Shown here in pieces: positions 10,636 through 21,727 of a DNA stretch of 64,000 nucleotides. A model generated the notes under the pieces. It made no database searches and was not told where the DNA came from. It worked only from the letters and a program-made list of their open reading frames with translations. Position 1 is the first letter of the stretch; every line of letters begins with the position of its first letter. This stretch comes from Aulosira sp. ZfuVER01 (GTDB taxonomy: Bacteria; Cyanobacteriota; Cyanobacteriia; Cyanobacteriales; Nostocaceae), in assembly GCA_034530615.2 (NCBI GenBank), contig JAVRCV020000007.1, forward strand, positions 64,001 to 128,000. Reading direction: 5' to 3'. A program made the translations under genes and the position numbers.

Positions 10636-11397
10636 TTGAATACAGGCAAAATATCTCAACCCCAGCTATTTAAAGGTATTGCCCTATTTACACCGGGAGG
10701 AGATTTGATTTACAGCATCGACCCCAGTAAACAGGGTCGATGGCATTTGCATTTGTGTGCCGCTTTACAAGAGATATTAGACTTAGCAGAACCGCCTCAT
10801 TTTTTAGTTCCTTGTTACACTGCGACTGTCGATCATTGGTTAGATCCGCGTACACAACAAGTGCGAACCTTTGCTGAAGCCTATCCAGCAGTTTTGAGGC
10901 ATCAGGCTGTACTGAATGCTATTTTTGGCACAGGGGATTTAGTATGGCAAGCAGCACCCTGGCCGGACGGATTGTGCGATCGCATGGTCTTGGCAACTTA
11001 CCGCTCCTCATTTCCCCAACTTTGGGAAGACCATGACTTAATTGTGCAATTAGATGTTGCCGAACCGGCGTTTAAGTACGATCGCATTCCCAAAAAGGCG
11101 CAAAATTTACCTTTAACAACCCAAGCCTATGTTTTGCGGTTGTTTGTAGCAGGACATAGTGCAGCCACCGAACGCATCCTGCATAATTTACACGAACTAT
11201 TAGAGCGATCGCTTGCACAACCCTATACTTTAAAAGTTATTGATGTTTTAACTAATCCAGAACAAGCAGAAATCGATCAGGTAAGTGCTACCCCCACTCT
11301 CGTGAAAGTCTGGCCGCAACCAATTCGCCGCTTGGTTGGAGATTTGGATCGTGTAGAAAAAATCTTACAAATGTTAGGCACTCAAGAAAAGTTTTAA
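10636..11397 (+). CDS. KaiB-domain protein (uncharacterised N-terminal domain + C-terminal KaiB-like domain)
   Basis: C-terminal YVLRLFVAGHS...YTLKVIDVLTNPEQAE...ATPTLVKVWPQPIRRLVGDL resembles KaiB; TTG start uncertain. Confidence 0.85.
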   Translation: MNTGKISQPQLFKGIALFTPGGDLIYSIDPSKQGRWHLHLCAALQEILDLAEPPHFLVPCYTATVDHWLDPRTQQVRTFAEAYPAVLRHQAVLNAIFGTGDLVWQAAPWPDGLCDRMVLATYRSSFPQLWEDHDLIVQLDVAEPAFKYDRIPKKAQNLPLTTQAYVLRLFVAGHSAATERILHNLHELLERSLAQPYTLKVIDVLTNPEQAEIDQVSATPTLVKVWPQPIRRLVGDLDRVEKILQMLGTQEKF

Positions 11398-11647
11398 AGT
11401 GTAAAAATTTAGGATGACAATCGCTCTAAATTACAAAAGTCAATAACAGATATATTAGTGTCTTTCGTGTGACTATGCCTTTCAATATAGTCACATATAA
11501 GTATGCTTTACACTCTCATTTCAGCAATTAGATAGTTGGAAAGAGACTTACAAGAATGTTTTAATCTTATTCAAGGATTTGCAATTAAATCTCAACATCT
11601 TCTCAATATAACGCCAGTAATTTTTAGTTCAGGAGTAATTCCAAACT

Positions 11648-11920
11648 ATGGAAAATACACTAGTTGATAAAACCTTCCGTGACAGCGAAGGAAAAATTGT
11701 TATAGCTCAGATGCCAAACCCACCACTTATTGTTTGGATAGTGACTAGTTTACTAGCTCTGATTTTTACAGGTGGCAAAATAAATACAGTGTTAGACGTA
11801 CTAGCAAATGGTTCTTTGTTTACTTGGGCGTGGTTGGAATTATTTGAAGGTGTTAATTATTTTCGCAGAGCGCTAGGTCTTGTCGTATTAATTGGTATTG
11901 TTGCATTAAAAATTCAGTAG
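11648..11920 (+). CDS. Small hypothetical membrane protein
   Basis: SD AGGAG upstream; FRDSEGKIVIAQMPN...WAWLELFEGVNYFRRALG; about three TM segments. Confidence 0.75.
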   Translation: MENTLVDKTFRDSEGKIVIAQMPNPPLIVWIVTSLLALIFTGGKINTVLDVLANGSLFTWAWLELFEGVNYFRRALGLVVLIGIVALKIQ

Positions 11921-11945
11921 TCATAACAGACTAGGTAACAGCATT

Positions 11946-14849
11946 TTAGATTTTGGATTTTGCATGGGAAATGGCTTGTGGCGGATACTGCTGCAACACC
12001 TGACGCAAATATTCGCCAGTGTAAGACCTGGAATTATTTGCCACTTCTTCTGGTGTTCCCGCCGCAATCACCTCTCCTCCTTTGTCGCCACCATCTGGGC
12101 CTAAATCTATCACCCAATCAGCACAACGAATTACATCTAAATTATGTTCAATTACTAAAATTGAATTGCCCTTATCCACTAAACGTTGTACTACATCTAG
12201 CAGCTTGTGAACATCATAAAAAGATAATCCTGTTGTTGGTTCATCTATTAAATAAAGTGTCTTACCTGTAGCGCGGCGAGATAATTCTGTTGCTAATTTT
12301 ACGCGCTGTGCTTCACCACCAGATAAGGTAGTTGCAGGTTGACCAAGTTGAATATAACCCAACCCAACATCAAGTAAAGTTTGTAAGCGATTGACAGCTT
12401 TGGGAATGTTTTGGAAAAAGTCTAAACTTTCTTCCACTGTCATGTTGAGAACGTCAGAAATACTCTTATCTTTGTATTTCACTTGCAAAGTTTCGCGATT
12501 ATATCTCGCACCTTTACAAATTTCACATTGCACGTAAACGTCGGGTAAAAAGTTCATTTCAATGACATTTACACCTTGTCCGCTACAGGCTTCGCAACGT
12601 CCACCTTTAACGTTAAAAGAGAATTGTCCAGGTTTATAACCTCTAGCTTTAGCTTCTACTGTTTGGGAAAATACATCCCGAATAACATCAAAAACACCTG
12701 TGTAAGTTGCAGGGTTAGAACGTGGTGTTCTTCCAATGGGAGATTGATCGATAACTATCGCTTTATCAACAGCATTTAAACCTTTAATTTCCTGCAACTC
12801 TTTTGGTAAAGGAACTCTTTTAGTTAAATGGTGTTGCAATGCTGGATAGAGTAATTCGTTAATTAAGGTAGATTTCCCAGAACCAGAAACACCAGTGACG
12901 GCGACAAGTTTACCTAAGGGAATTTCTACATCGATATTTTTGAGATTGTTGCGATAAGCATTATGAATTACTAAACTTCGTCCATTCCCTTCTCGGCGTT
13001 CTGCTGATGTGGTAATTACTCTTCTTCCTGATAAGTAAGCACCTGTTAAAGAGTCTTCTGCTGTTAGCAATGCCTGCAAATCGCCTTGGGCGACAATATT
13101 TCCGCCATGAATTCCCGCACCAGGGCCAATATCAACAATGTGGTTTGCTGCACGAATAGTTTCTTCATCATGCTCAACCACAATTAATGTATTACCTAAA
13201 TCACGTAATTTAGTTAAAGTTTTGAGTAATCTGCCATTATCTCGTTGATGCAAACCAATACTTGGTTCATCTAAAACGTAAAGAACTCCTGTTAAACCCG
13301 AACCAATTTGTGTGGCGAGGCGAATGCGTTGGGCTTCGCCACCAGAAAGAGTCATTGCAGGACGGTCAAGGGTGAGGTAATCTAAACCTACATCTAACAA
13401 AAATTGCAATCTAGCTTTAATTTCTCTCAGGACTAAATCAGCTATCTGAAATTGGCGATCGCTCAATTTCAACTCATCGATTTTCTGGCGAGAATCCCGA
13501 ATTGAAACACCAGTTAAATCTAAAATTTGGTACTGCCCTAATCTCACAGCCAAGGCTTCTGGTTTTAATCTTTTACCACTACAAACTTCGCAGGGCTGAT
13601 CGATTAAATAATCTTCTAATTTTTGCTTAATTAGCTCCGAACCGCCTTCATATTGCCTTTGGAGTATGGGAATTACACCTTTAAAACTCTGCTTTTTCTC
13701 GGCTGCTGTAGTGGTTTTCTCTCCATGCAATATAATCTGCTGCTGTTCTGCTGTTAATTTACCCCACTGCACTTGTAACTCAAACCCGTAAGCTTGCCCC
13801 AAACTATAGAGCAATTCTAGATAGTAAGAATTATCTTTTTCTGACCAAGGTGCAATTGCTGCATAAACTGGTGCTTCACTATCAGGTATTATTAAATCTG
13901 GGGAAAATCGCTTTAAACTTCCTAGTCCATGACAGTTAGAGCAAGCACCATAAGGAGAATTAAAGGAGAATAATCGCGGTGATAATTCTTCCATTACTGC
14001 CCCATGTTCTGGGCAAGCAAAGTTTTCTGAAAATACTAATTCTTCTTCACTATCATTTGTCGTTTGTTCTTTGTCATGACTAATAACTATAGTGGCAATT
14101 CCATCTGATAGTTTGAGACAAGTAGATAGGGAATCTACCAAACGTTCCTGAATACCATCTTTTTTGATTAAGCGGTCAATTACTACTTCAATGGTGTGAT
14201 TGAAATTTTTATCTAACTCAATTGAATCAGATAGTTCTCTAACCTCGCCATCAACGCGCACCCGCACAAAACCTTGGGAAGCTAGACTTGATAATAGTTT
14301 GCGGTGTGTGCCTTTTTTACCTCGAACTACGGGGGCGAGGATTTGGAAGCGGGTGCGATCGCTTAATTCCATAATCCGATCTACCATCTCATCAATGGTT
14401 TGCGGTGAAATACAGCGATCGCATATCGGACAATGGGGTTCACCCGCCCTACCAAATAACAGTCGTAGATAATCGTAAATTTCTGTTACAGTGCCGACAG
14501 TAGAACGGGGGTTATGAGAAGTAGACTTTTGATCGATGGAAATTGCTGGACTTAAGCCTTCAATCGCTTCTACATCTGGCTTATCCAACTGTCCCAAGAA
14601 TTGCCGTGCATAGGCGCTGAGGGATTCCACATAGCGGCGTTGTCCTTCAGCAAAAATGGTATCAAATGCCAAAGACGATTTACCCGAACCGGAAACGCCA
14701 GTAAAAACAATCAGGCGATCGCGTGGTAATTCTAAATCAATATTTTTCAGATTATGCTGCCTAGCACCCCGAATACGAATCGTATTCTGGTTGTTGCTGG
14801 AGTGCGGAAGATGTCCATTTAAGGATACGGCTAGCTTTTGATCTGACAT
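11946..14849 (-). CDS. uvrA: Excinuclease ABC subunit A
   Basis: [10 protein letters not shown], two GVSGSGKS Walker A motifs, LSGGEAQR twice, zinc fingers. Confidence 0.98.
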   Translation of the reverse strand: MSDQKLAVSLNGHLPHSSNNQNTIRIRGARQHNLKNIDLELPRDRLIVFTGVSGSGKSSLAFDTIFAEGQRRYVESLSAYARQFLGQLDKPDVEAIEGLSPAISIDQKSTSHNPRSTVGTVTEIYDYLRLLFGRAGEPHCPICDRCISPQTIDEMVDRIMELSDRTRFQILAPVVRGKKGTHRKLLSSLASQGFVRVRVDGEVRELSDSIELDKNFNHTIEVVIDRLIKKDGIQERLVDSLSTCLKLSDGIATIVISHDKEQTTNDSEEELVFSENFACPEHGAVMEELSPRLFSFNSPYGACSNCHGLGSLKRFSPDLIIPDSEAPVYAAIAPWSEKDNSYYLELLYSLGQAYGFELQVQWGKLTAEQQQIILHGEKTTTAAEKKQSFKGVIPILQRQYEGGSELIKQKLEDYLIDQPCEVCSGKRLKPEALAVRLGQYQILDLTGVSIRDSRQKIDELKLSDRQFQIADLVLREIKARLQFLLDVGLDYLTLDRPAMTLSGGEAQRIRLATQIGSGLTGVLYVLDEPSIGLHQRDNGRLLKTLTKLRDLGNTLIVVEHDEETIRAANHIVDIGPGAGIHGGNIVAQGDLQALLTAEDSLTGAYLSGRRVITTSAERREGNGRSLVIHNAYRNNLKNIDVEIPLGKLVAVTGVSGSGKSTLINELLYPALQHHLTKRVPLPKELQEIKGLNAVDKAIVIDQSPIGRTPRSNPATYTGVFDVIRDVFSQTVEAKARGYKPGQFSFNVKGGRCEACSGQGVNVIEMNFLPDVYVQCEICKGARYNRETLQVKYKDKSISDVLNMTVEESLDFFQNIPKAVNRLQTLLDVGLGYIQLGQPATTLSGGEAQRVKLATELSRRATGKTLYLIDEPTTGLSFYDVHKLLDVVQRLVDKGNSILVIEHNLDVIRCADWVIDLGPDGGDKGGEVIAAGTPEEVANNSRSYTGEYLRQVLQQYPPQAISHAKSKI

Positions 14850-14919
14850 ATCGGCAAGCTGATTGTGAGGGCAGGCATGAAACAGTCCTTAATAATACTA
14901 TCTTGACCGCGCTTATAGT

Positions 14920-14933
14920 AGAACGTCCGTACT
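14920..14933 (-). promoter_or_regulatory. Probable LexA (SOS) box upstream of uvrA
   Basis: Minus strand AGTAC-GGAC-GTTCT is close to the cyanobacterial RGTAC-N4-GTWC box. It lies ~20 bp upstream of a TAGTAT -10-like hexamer (14895-14900). Confidence 0.65.
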
Positions 14934-14971
14934 GTTTTATTTTGGTAGTGATTTTACGACCTTGGGGGAAT

Positions 14972-17900
14972 TTATTTGAATTTTGAATTTTGAATTTTGA
15001 ATTCGGAGCGAAGCGACGTGACTTCTTGCTCGATCGCTATTGCTAATTCATCTGGATCGACAGGTTTACTAATGTGCTTTTGGAAACCTGATGCGAGAAT
15101 TTTTTGATTGTTAGCCTCTCCTGCAAATGCTGTCAGCGCGATCGCGGGTAGTCTGTCACCGCTTGATGCTTCCAATTCTCTCACTTGACGAATGAGTGTA
15201 TAACCGTCGATGTCTGGCATGGCGATATCACTAATTAATAAATCTGGTTGAATTTTGGCGATCGCATCCAGTGCTTCACCAGCTGAAGCAACGGCTGTGA
15301 CTTCAACGCCATATTGCTCCAAGATAAAGGTGATTAAATCCAGGCTATCAACATCATCATCCACAGCTACTATCCGCAAACCTTGAAGATGTGGGGAATC
15401 ATTCGGCAACTCTTTATCCTCATTTTGGGGAGAGACAACCTTCATCGTAGGTAGCGTGACTGTAAATGTTGCACCTAAACCATCTCCGGGACTGGCAACT
15501 TGCACAGAACCATCGTGGAGTTCGACAATATGACGGACAATTGCTAACCCTAACCCTAAACCACCAAATTTTCTGGTTGTTACATCGTCTGCTTGGCGAA
15601 AGCGTTCAAATACGTATGGCAGAAAGCCAAGGCTAATTCCTTTGCCTGTATCAGTGACTTGGATGTGGGCATCAGAGCCAAATTGTTGCAGTTGGATTTC
15701 TACTCTACCGCCTGCTGGGGTAAATTTGACAGCATTGGTCAGTAGATTCCCTATAACCTGCTGTAAGCGATTGGGATCGCCTTTTACTTTGCCTACAGTG
15801 GGGTCAAGCTGGGTGTGAATTTGAATCGATTTAGCTTCAGCTGCTAACCGCACAGTTTCCAGTGCTGCTTCAATAGTTGCAACCAGGTCAACTATACAAA
15901 TATTTAGGCTGAGTTTGCCACGAAGAATGCGGGAAACATCCAACAAATCGTCAATTAATTGTGTTTGCAATTTGGCATTGCGCTCGATAATTTCTAATGC
16001 TTGAGTTGTTTTTTCCGCAGTCAATTGACTATTGAGCAGAAGTGTTGACCAACCTAAAATCGGATTGAGTGGAGAGCGCAGTTCATGGGAGACAATTGCC
16101 AGAAAATCATCTTTCATACGGCTGGCTTTTTCTAACTCTATTCGGGCGGCGCGTTCCCGTTCTAAAGCCTGGGCACGTTCTTCAATCGCCAATTTTTGAT
16201 CGTGAATATCTGTGCAGGAGCCAAACCAGTTGATGATTTGACCTTGTTGATTTCGCAATGGAAATGCTCGTCCTAAATGCCAGCGGTATTCGCCATCAGC
16301 ACGCAGAAAACGGTACTCAATATCATAAGTTTTGCCAGTACGCAGACAATTTTGCCATATTTCAATTGTGCGTTGCACATCATCGGGATGGACAATGTTT
16401 TGCCATCCTTCACCTTGTGTTTCTTCTAAACTTTTTCCAGTGTATTCATACCAGCGTTGATTGAAATATTCATGATAGCCATCTGGTTGGGTAATCCAAA
16501 ATATTTGCGGCATTGTATCCGCTAACGTGCGAAACATTAATTCTCTTTGACGAATTGCGGCTTCGGCTTGCTTGCGATCGGTAATCTCAAACAGCATTCC
16601 CAACATCCGCACAGGCTGGCCTTGCTGATTGTACTGAAAGCGTCCAAAAGCTGACACCCAATGTAGGCTACCATCTGCCCAGATTACTCGGTATTCGTCT
16701 TCGTAATTTTGCTGCTTGGCCATCGCCGTTTGAACCTTTTTCTCAACGCGAGGCAGATCCTCAGGATGAACGCCGTTAACCCAATCCTGATAAGTTCTTT
16801 GTGGGTTTTCAGGCTCAAATCCAAAAATCATTTCATGGTAAGGAGTCCACACAACCCGATTAGTCTGGAGATCCCAATCCCACGATCCCATGCTGGCAGC
16901 ATCAAGTGCTAAAGTTAGACGTTCTTGGTTTTCCCGCAGTGCATTTTCTATCTGTTTACGTTCTGTTACATCCAAAAATGCCCCAATTACGCCGCGTACA
17001 GCACCATGTTCATCCCGCAAGGGCACAGCTTTGCCGTAGATCGATCGCACATCTTGGTCGCTAAAGACAAATTCACATTCCACTTCAACAGGTTCCCCAG
17101 TGCTACCTGCTAGTTGCATTGGTAATTCTTGCGGTGGAATATCTTGACCATTTTTTTGAATTTTAAATTTAAATGGATACTGTCCATCAGCAGGAGTAGC
17201 TGTTAACACTGATCCCGGTTTTAGCCGCATCAATTCATAAGCAGCTCGGTTTACGGTCATCTGATGGCAGTACGGATCGTGAGCAATCCAAACAGCAGCG
17301 GGAACCGTTTCCATGAAAGTTTCTAGTTCTTGGGCGCGTGCTTTAGCGATCGCTTCACTTTGTTGGAGAGCGAATTCTACTTGCTTATGATCGCTAATAT
17401 CAACATTGATTCCCACCATGCGTAAAGGTTTGCCCGCATCATCATAAAATACTTTTGCTCTGGCGTGCATCCAATGAATACTGCCATCTGGCCAAACCAC
17501 TCGCCAATCGGTGAACAATTCCCCTGTTGTTAGTGAAGCCATTACGTCTGCTTCTGCCTTCGCTAAATCATCGGGATGAACCCATCTCGCCCACTCTTCA
17601 TAACTTCCGCCAAACTCACCAGGCTTTAGACCATAGAGAGCTTCTAACTCTTTAGACCAAATATTAATATTAGTTTGAATATTCCACTCAAAGCTGCCAA
17701 TTTTTGCTGCCGCTTGTGCTAAATCTAACCTTTCTTGCTTTTGACGCAGCGTATCTTGGATTTGCTTTTTATTAGTAATATCAGTACAAACACCTACCCA
17801 CTCCCGAATGCTACCGGATTCTGTGACAACTGGTACACCACGCGCAGCAAAATCACGATAAATTCCATCTGCACCAAGTATCCGATATTCAGTCTCATAG

Positions 17901-18859
17901 ATGCTTCTTTGCTGAACGGCTTGCATCCAAGTTTGGGCAGTTCGTTGCCGATCTTCAGGGTGCAATGCGGCTAACCAACCCCAACCTCTCACTTCTTCTG
18001 GACTTTGCCCTGTGTAAGCTCTCCAGTCTGGCATATCAACTATCTGTCCATCAGGAGCAGTTGTCCAAACCATTTGGGAGGTGGCGACTACCAAAGAACG
18101 ATACCGTTCCTCGCTTTCTCTCAGGGCTGCTTCCGTCTGTTTGCGTTCAGTAATATCAGTGAGCATAGCGATCGCACTCGAAAATTCACCTTGGTTATCC
18201 AAGATGGGACTGGTGGAGACAATTGCCCAGATATCTGCTCCATCTTTGCGGCGTAAACGCAAGTCAAACTGCTGGTTGATCTCTTGAATGCTCTGCCTAT
18301 GTTGCTTAAATAATTGCTCTACTTCAATTTGAGCTTGACTTTCCATAAAGTCAAAAATTGAGCGGCCAATTATCTCTTCTATACTGTAGCCAAGCATTTG
18401 GGCTAAACGCTGATTGACATATTCCGTCTGTCCCTGGCTGTCAAATATCCAGATACCCTCATTGGCTGTTTCTAGTAAACGACGATAGCTTACCTGTAGT
18501 TTTGCTAGTTTTGCCTCCGATACTTGTTTGGAATTACGTAGTTCTGCATTTAACGAACTAATTAATAGTGCTATCGAGCTAAATATCACTAGCTCTAGAG
18601 CATCCGAGCCATTCCTCAGTGTAAAAACGTATATAGGTTGTGTAAAAAAATAATTATTAGCTAAGATTGATAAGAATGTAGCCACCAAGCCTGCGGGGAA
18701 TCCACTGTACCAACTACTAAAGACTACAGCAGCAAAAAAAAGTGAAGAAATGTTTATTTGTAGCAAACGTTCCAGCAATAGACCTACTAGGAGTGCCAGT
18801 AGGACTGACAACATAGAAATACCGTAGCGTTGCATCTGTGAACGCTGGACTCTTAACAT
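14972..18859 (-). CDS. Hybrid sensor histidine kinase (membrane DUF4118-like domain, multiple PAS domains, HisKA, HATPase, REC)
   Basis: Repeated PAS/PAC ends (DITERK), SHELRSPLN, NLLTNAVKFT, GGLGLGL, and C-terminal DDDVDS...DIAMPDIDG receiver. Confidence 0.93.
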   Translation of the reverse strand: MLRVQRSQMQRYGISMLSVLLALLVGLLLERLLQINISSLFFAAVVFSSWYSGFPAGLVATFLSILANNYFFTQPIYVFTLRNGSDALELVIFSSIALLISSLNAELRNSKQVSEAKLAKLQVSYRRLLETANEGIWIFDSQGQTEYVNQRLAQMLGYSIEEIIGRSIFDFMESQAQIEVEQLFKQHRQSIQEINQQFDLRLRRKDGADIWAIVSTSPILDNQGEFSSAIAMLTDITERKQTEAALRESEERYRSLVVATSQMVWTTAPDGQIVDMPDWRAYTGQSPEEVRGWGWLAALHPEDRQRTAQTWMQAVQQRSIYETEYRILGADGIYRDFAARGVPVVTESGSIREWVGVCTDITNKKQIQDTLRQKQERLDLAQAAAKIGSFEWNIQTNINIWSKELEALYGLKPGEFGGSYEEWARWVHPDDLAKAEADVMASLTTGELFTDWRVVWPDGSIHWMHARAKVFYDDAGKPLRMVGINVDISDHKQVEFALQQSEAIAKARAQELETFMETVPAAVWIAHDPYCHQMTVNRAAYELMRLKPGSVLTATPADGQYPFKFKIQKNGQDIPPQELPMQLAGSTGEPVEVECEFVFSDQDVRSIYGKAVPLRDEHGAVRGVIGAFLDVTERKQIENALRENQERLTLALDAASMGSWDWDLQTNRVVWTPYHEMIFGFEPENPQRTYQDWVNGVHPEDLPRVEKKVQTAMAKQQNYEDEYRVIWADGSLHWVSAFGRFQYNQQGQPVRMLGMLFEITDRKQAEAAIRQRELMFRTLADTMPQIFWITQPDGYHEYFNQRWYEYTGKSLEETQGEGWQNIVHPDDVQRTIEIWQNCLRTGKTYDIEYRFLRADGEYRWHLGRAFPLRNQQGQIINWFGSCTDIHDQKLAIEERAQALERERAARIELEKASRMKDDFLAIVSHELRSPLNPILGWSTLLLNSQLTAEKTTQALEIIERNAKLQTQLIDDLLDVSRILRGKLSLNICIVDLVATIEAALETVRLAAEAKSIQIHTQLDPTVGKVKGDPNRLQQVIGNLLTNAVKFTPAGGRVEIQLQQFGSDAHIQVTDTGKGISLGFLPYVFERFRQADDVTTRKFGGLGLGLAIVRHIVELHDGSVQVASPGDGLGATFTVTLPTMKVVSPQNEDKELPNDSPHLQGLRIVAVDDDVDSLDLITFILEQYGVEVTAVASAGEALDAIAKIQPDLLISDIAMPDIDGYTLIRQVRELEASSGDRLPAIALTAFAGEANNQKILASGFQKHISKPVDPDELAIAIEQEVTSLRSEFKIQNSKFK

Positions 18860-19042
18860 ACCGCTTTTAGATGAGATAGACTCCTATTTTACCGTGAGCA
18901 ACTTGCCTGAGTAATATAGCTTTGGTTGGGGTATGAACAACTGAAGTCAACTACTGATATGTAGTGCGATCGCTTTCTAATTTCCACAAGTGTAACGATA
19001 CTATAGACTTAAACTTGATTGCGCTAACGAGGCAGTCTCACC

Positions 19043-19792
19043 ATGCTAGCCAATGCCGCCACCTGTGATATTACCTGGGAAAAATTACCAGATGATTATG
19101 TTTTAGACGATGAGCCAGTGGATAACATTAATCAGCCTCCCCTTGCTGCTGCTCTCACCGAAAGCTTGGAACTGGCTCTGAGATTGCCAGCCAACGCTTT
19201 AACCATCACTAACTATGACATCTGTGCCACTTTAAACCGTCAGTTCGTCATTAAAGCCCCAGATTGGGGATATGTGCCATCTATTCGAGTACCACGAGCC
19301 GAAGTGAAGCGCAGTTATACCCCACGCCTACAAGGGGATATACCAGTAATTGTGATGGAGTTTATCTCGGATACCGAAGGTGGAGAGTATTCGAGTAAAC
19401 CAACCTATCCGCCTGGTAAATGGTTTTATTATGAGCAAGTTTTACAAATACCAAACTATGCCATTTTTGAACCAGATGAGGGAATTTTAGAAGTTTATCA
19501 GCGAGATAACTCAGGACGTTACCAACTGCAATCACCAGATGCAAATCACCGTTACTGGATTGCAGAAATGAACTTGTTTTTAGGTGTCTGGCAAGGAATT
19601 CGAGAAAATCGCACAGGTTATTGGCTGCGTTGGTGGGATGAACAAGGCGAATTATTACTATGGGGAGGAGAGTTAGCGGCTAAAGAAAGACAACAAGCTG
19701 AACAGGAACGCCAACGTGCTGAACAGGAACGTCAGCGTGCCGAAAGGTTGGCAGAGCAGTTAAGAGCTTTGGGAATCGAACCAGAAACTTAA
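19043..19792 (+). CDS. Uma2 (DUF820) family putative endonuclease
   Basis: WEKLPDD, KAPDWGYVP, PVIVMEFIS and GKWFYYEQVLQIP motifs, with a C-terminal AEQERQR repeat tail ending LRALGIEP. Confidence 0.88.
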   Translation: MLANAATCDITWEKLPDDYVLDDEPVDNINQPPLAAALTESLELALRLPANALTITNYDICATLNRQFVIKAPDWGYVPSIRVPRAEVKRSYTPRLQGDIPVIVMEFISDTEGGEYSSKPTYPPGKWFYYEQVLQIPNYAIFEPDEGILEVYQRDNSGRYQLQSPDANHRYWIAEMNLFLGVWQGIRENRTGYWLRWWDEQGELLLWGGELAAKERQQAEQERQRAEQERQRAERLAEQLRALGIEPET

Positions 19793-19973
19793 GCTTGATG
19801 TAATGCGATCGCTAGCTTAATTTGTTATTTGAACAAAGAAGCGATCGCACAAGTAAAATCAGCCAATATTCGTTGAGAATTGGTCAAGAGTCAAGGGTCA
19901 GTATGCAAGGTCATTAATTTCTCCTTGTCCCCTTTGTCCCCCTTCCCTTGCCTTCCTACCCTAATCTCCAGCC

Positions 19974-21473
19974 CTACACCACTACCTTTTCTAAGATCAA
20001 CTTAGCACGCCTCACCTGCTCAGGGATGGGAACAGGGTAATCTCCAGTAAAGCAGGCGGAACAGAAATTATTAGTATCTTCTCCTGTAGCTTCTAACATT
20101 CCCTCCCAACTTAGATAAGCGAGGGTGTCTACTTCCAACTGCTTGGCAATTTCTTCCACTGACTTGGTAGCAGCAATTAGCTGATCTTGGGTATCGGTAT
20201 CAATGCCATAAAAGCAAGGATGAGTAACTGGTGGAGAGGAAATTCGCATATGTACTTCCACTGCACCCGCCTCACGCAAGGTTTTGACTAGTTTCCGGCT
20301 GGTAGTTCCCCGTACAATCGAATCATCTACAATGATCACTCGCTTGCCTGCTAGTACATCTTTCAGGGGGTTGAGTTTCATGCGGATACCTGATTCGCGC
20401 ATCATTTGGGTGGGCTGAATAAAAGTACGCCCAACGTAGCGATTTTTAATCAGTCCTTCACCATAAGAGATACCGGAAGCTTGAGAAAATCCAATGGCGG
20501 CGGGTATACCAGAATCAGGAACACCAAAGACAATATCAGCATCAACCGCAGATTCAGCCGCTAGTTGCCGTCCTAAACGCATCCGGTAACTGTACAAACT
20601 CTCATCATGCATGAGGCTATCAGGACGGGCGAAGTAAATCATCTCGAAGATACACAACTTCTTCTGCGGCTGTTGATGCCAGCGAACGGAAGTTAGACCC
20701 TCTTCGTCAATCCACACCAATTCTCCCGGTTCTACGTCCCGCACGTAATCTGCACCAATGATGTCTAAGCCGCAGGTTTCAGAAGCTAGAACATAACGGT
20801 CTGGATCGCCAGCCAAACTACCAATTACTAATGGACGAATACCATTCGGATCGCGCACACCCATAATGCCAACAGGAGTCCCTATTACTAAACTAAAGGC
20901 TCCTTGGCAGCGATTAAATGCTCGAATGCAACCATCTAGCCAATTTGCACCGGCATTCACTTCTTCTGCGATCGCAAAGGCAATCATTTCTGAGTCTGTC
21001 GTTGTGACTAAGTTGCATTTACTCTTGAGCAACTCTTCACGCAACTGTACTGTATTGACTAAATTGCCATTATGTGCTAAAGCTAATGAACCTAAGCGGC
21101 TTTCAACTACAGCAGGCTGGGCATTAACTTTGCGGCTGGAACCTGTAGTTGAGTAACGAGTATGCCCAATGGCAAGGCTACCTGGTAACTCGGTCAATGT
21201 CGATTCATGAAAGACTTGAGACACCAAGCCCATATCTTTGTGTAGGTGTACTTTTGTACCCTCAAAGGTAGCAATACCAGCTGATTCTTGACCCCGGTGT
21301 TGGAGTGCATACAATCCAAAGTAGGTTAGTTTAGCAACATCTTCTCCGGGCGCATAAACGCCAAAAACACCACAAGCTTCTTCTGGCTTGTCGGGACGAT
21401 TTTCATGACTATTGATTAGGTTGTTTGACTTTTGCGGGTGGTCATCCGGGGTGACGGAATCGTGGGGAATCAT
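19974..21473 (-). CDS. purF: Amidophosphoribosyltransferase
   Basis: EEACGVFG propeptide/catalytic Cys, LQHRGQESAG, VDDSIVRGTT, CFYGID. Confidence 0.97.
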   Translation of the reverse strand: MIPHDSVTPDDHPQKSNNLINSHENRPDKPEEACGVFGVYAPGEDVAKLTYFGLYALQHRGQESAGIATFEGTKVHLHKDMGLVSQVFHESTLTELPGSLAIGHTRYSTTGSSRKVNAQPAVVESRLGSLALAHNGNLVNTVQLREELLKSKCNLVTTTDSEMIAFAIAEEVNAGANWLDGCIRAFNRCQGAFSLVIGTPVGIMGVRDPNGIRPLVIGSLAGDPDRYVLASETCGLDIIGADYVRDVEPGELVWIDEEGLTSVRWHQQPQKKLCIFEMIYFARPDSLMHDESLYSYRMRLGRQLAAESAVDADIVFGVPDSGIPAAIGFSQASGISYGEGLIKNRYVGRTFIQPTQMMRESGIRMKLNPLKDVLAGKRVIIVDDSIVRGTTSRKLVKTLREAGAVEVHMRISSPPVTHPCFYGIDTDTQDQLIAATKSVEEIAKQLEVDTLAYLSWEGMLEATGEDTNNFCSACFTGDYPVPIPEQVRRAKLILEKVVV

Positions 21474-21727
21474 GCTGGCTTTGCTCCTGGTGGTGGTGTC
21501 AAGTCACTGGGATTAGGCGATATCAAATTTGGATTGCTCCTACTGATTAAGATTTCTGGAGAATAATTACAGATTGTAAAGACATAGAACGTTTTTACAA
21601 CCTAAAATCCAAAATTGATATGAGTGGATAGTTACAGTTTTCTTAATAAAACTTTAACCGTCCATTAAAACAGTACCGTAATTATGCTAATTGACGTTAG
21701 CGATTCGCATAGGGGGGATTTTACGAA

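Noticed and set aside
11468..11495. Inverted repeat TGTGACTAT-N10-ATAGTCACA
   Set aside because: Could be a terminator or an operator, but it has no U-tract and matches no consensus I recognise; support is insufficient.
19683..19745. 21-bp repeats in the Uma2 3' end
   Set aside because: The standard AEQERQR coiled-coil tail of cyanobacterial Uma2 proteins.
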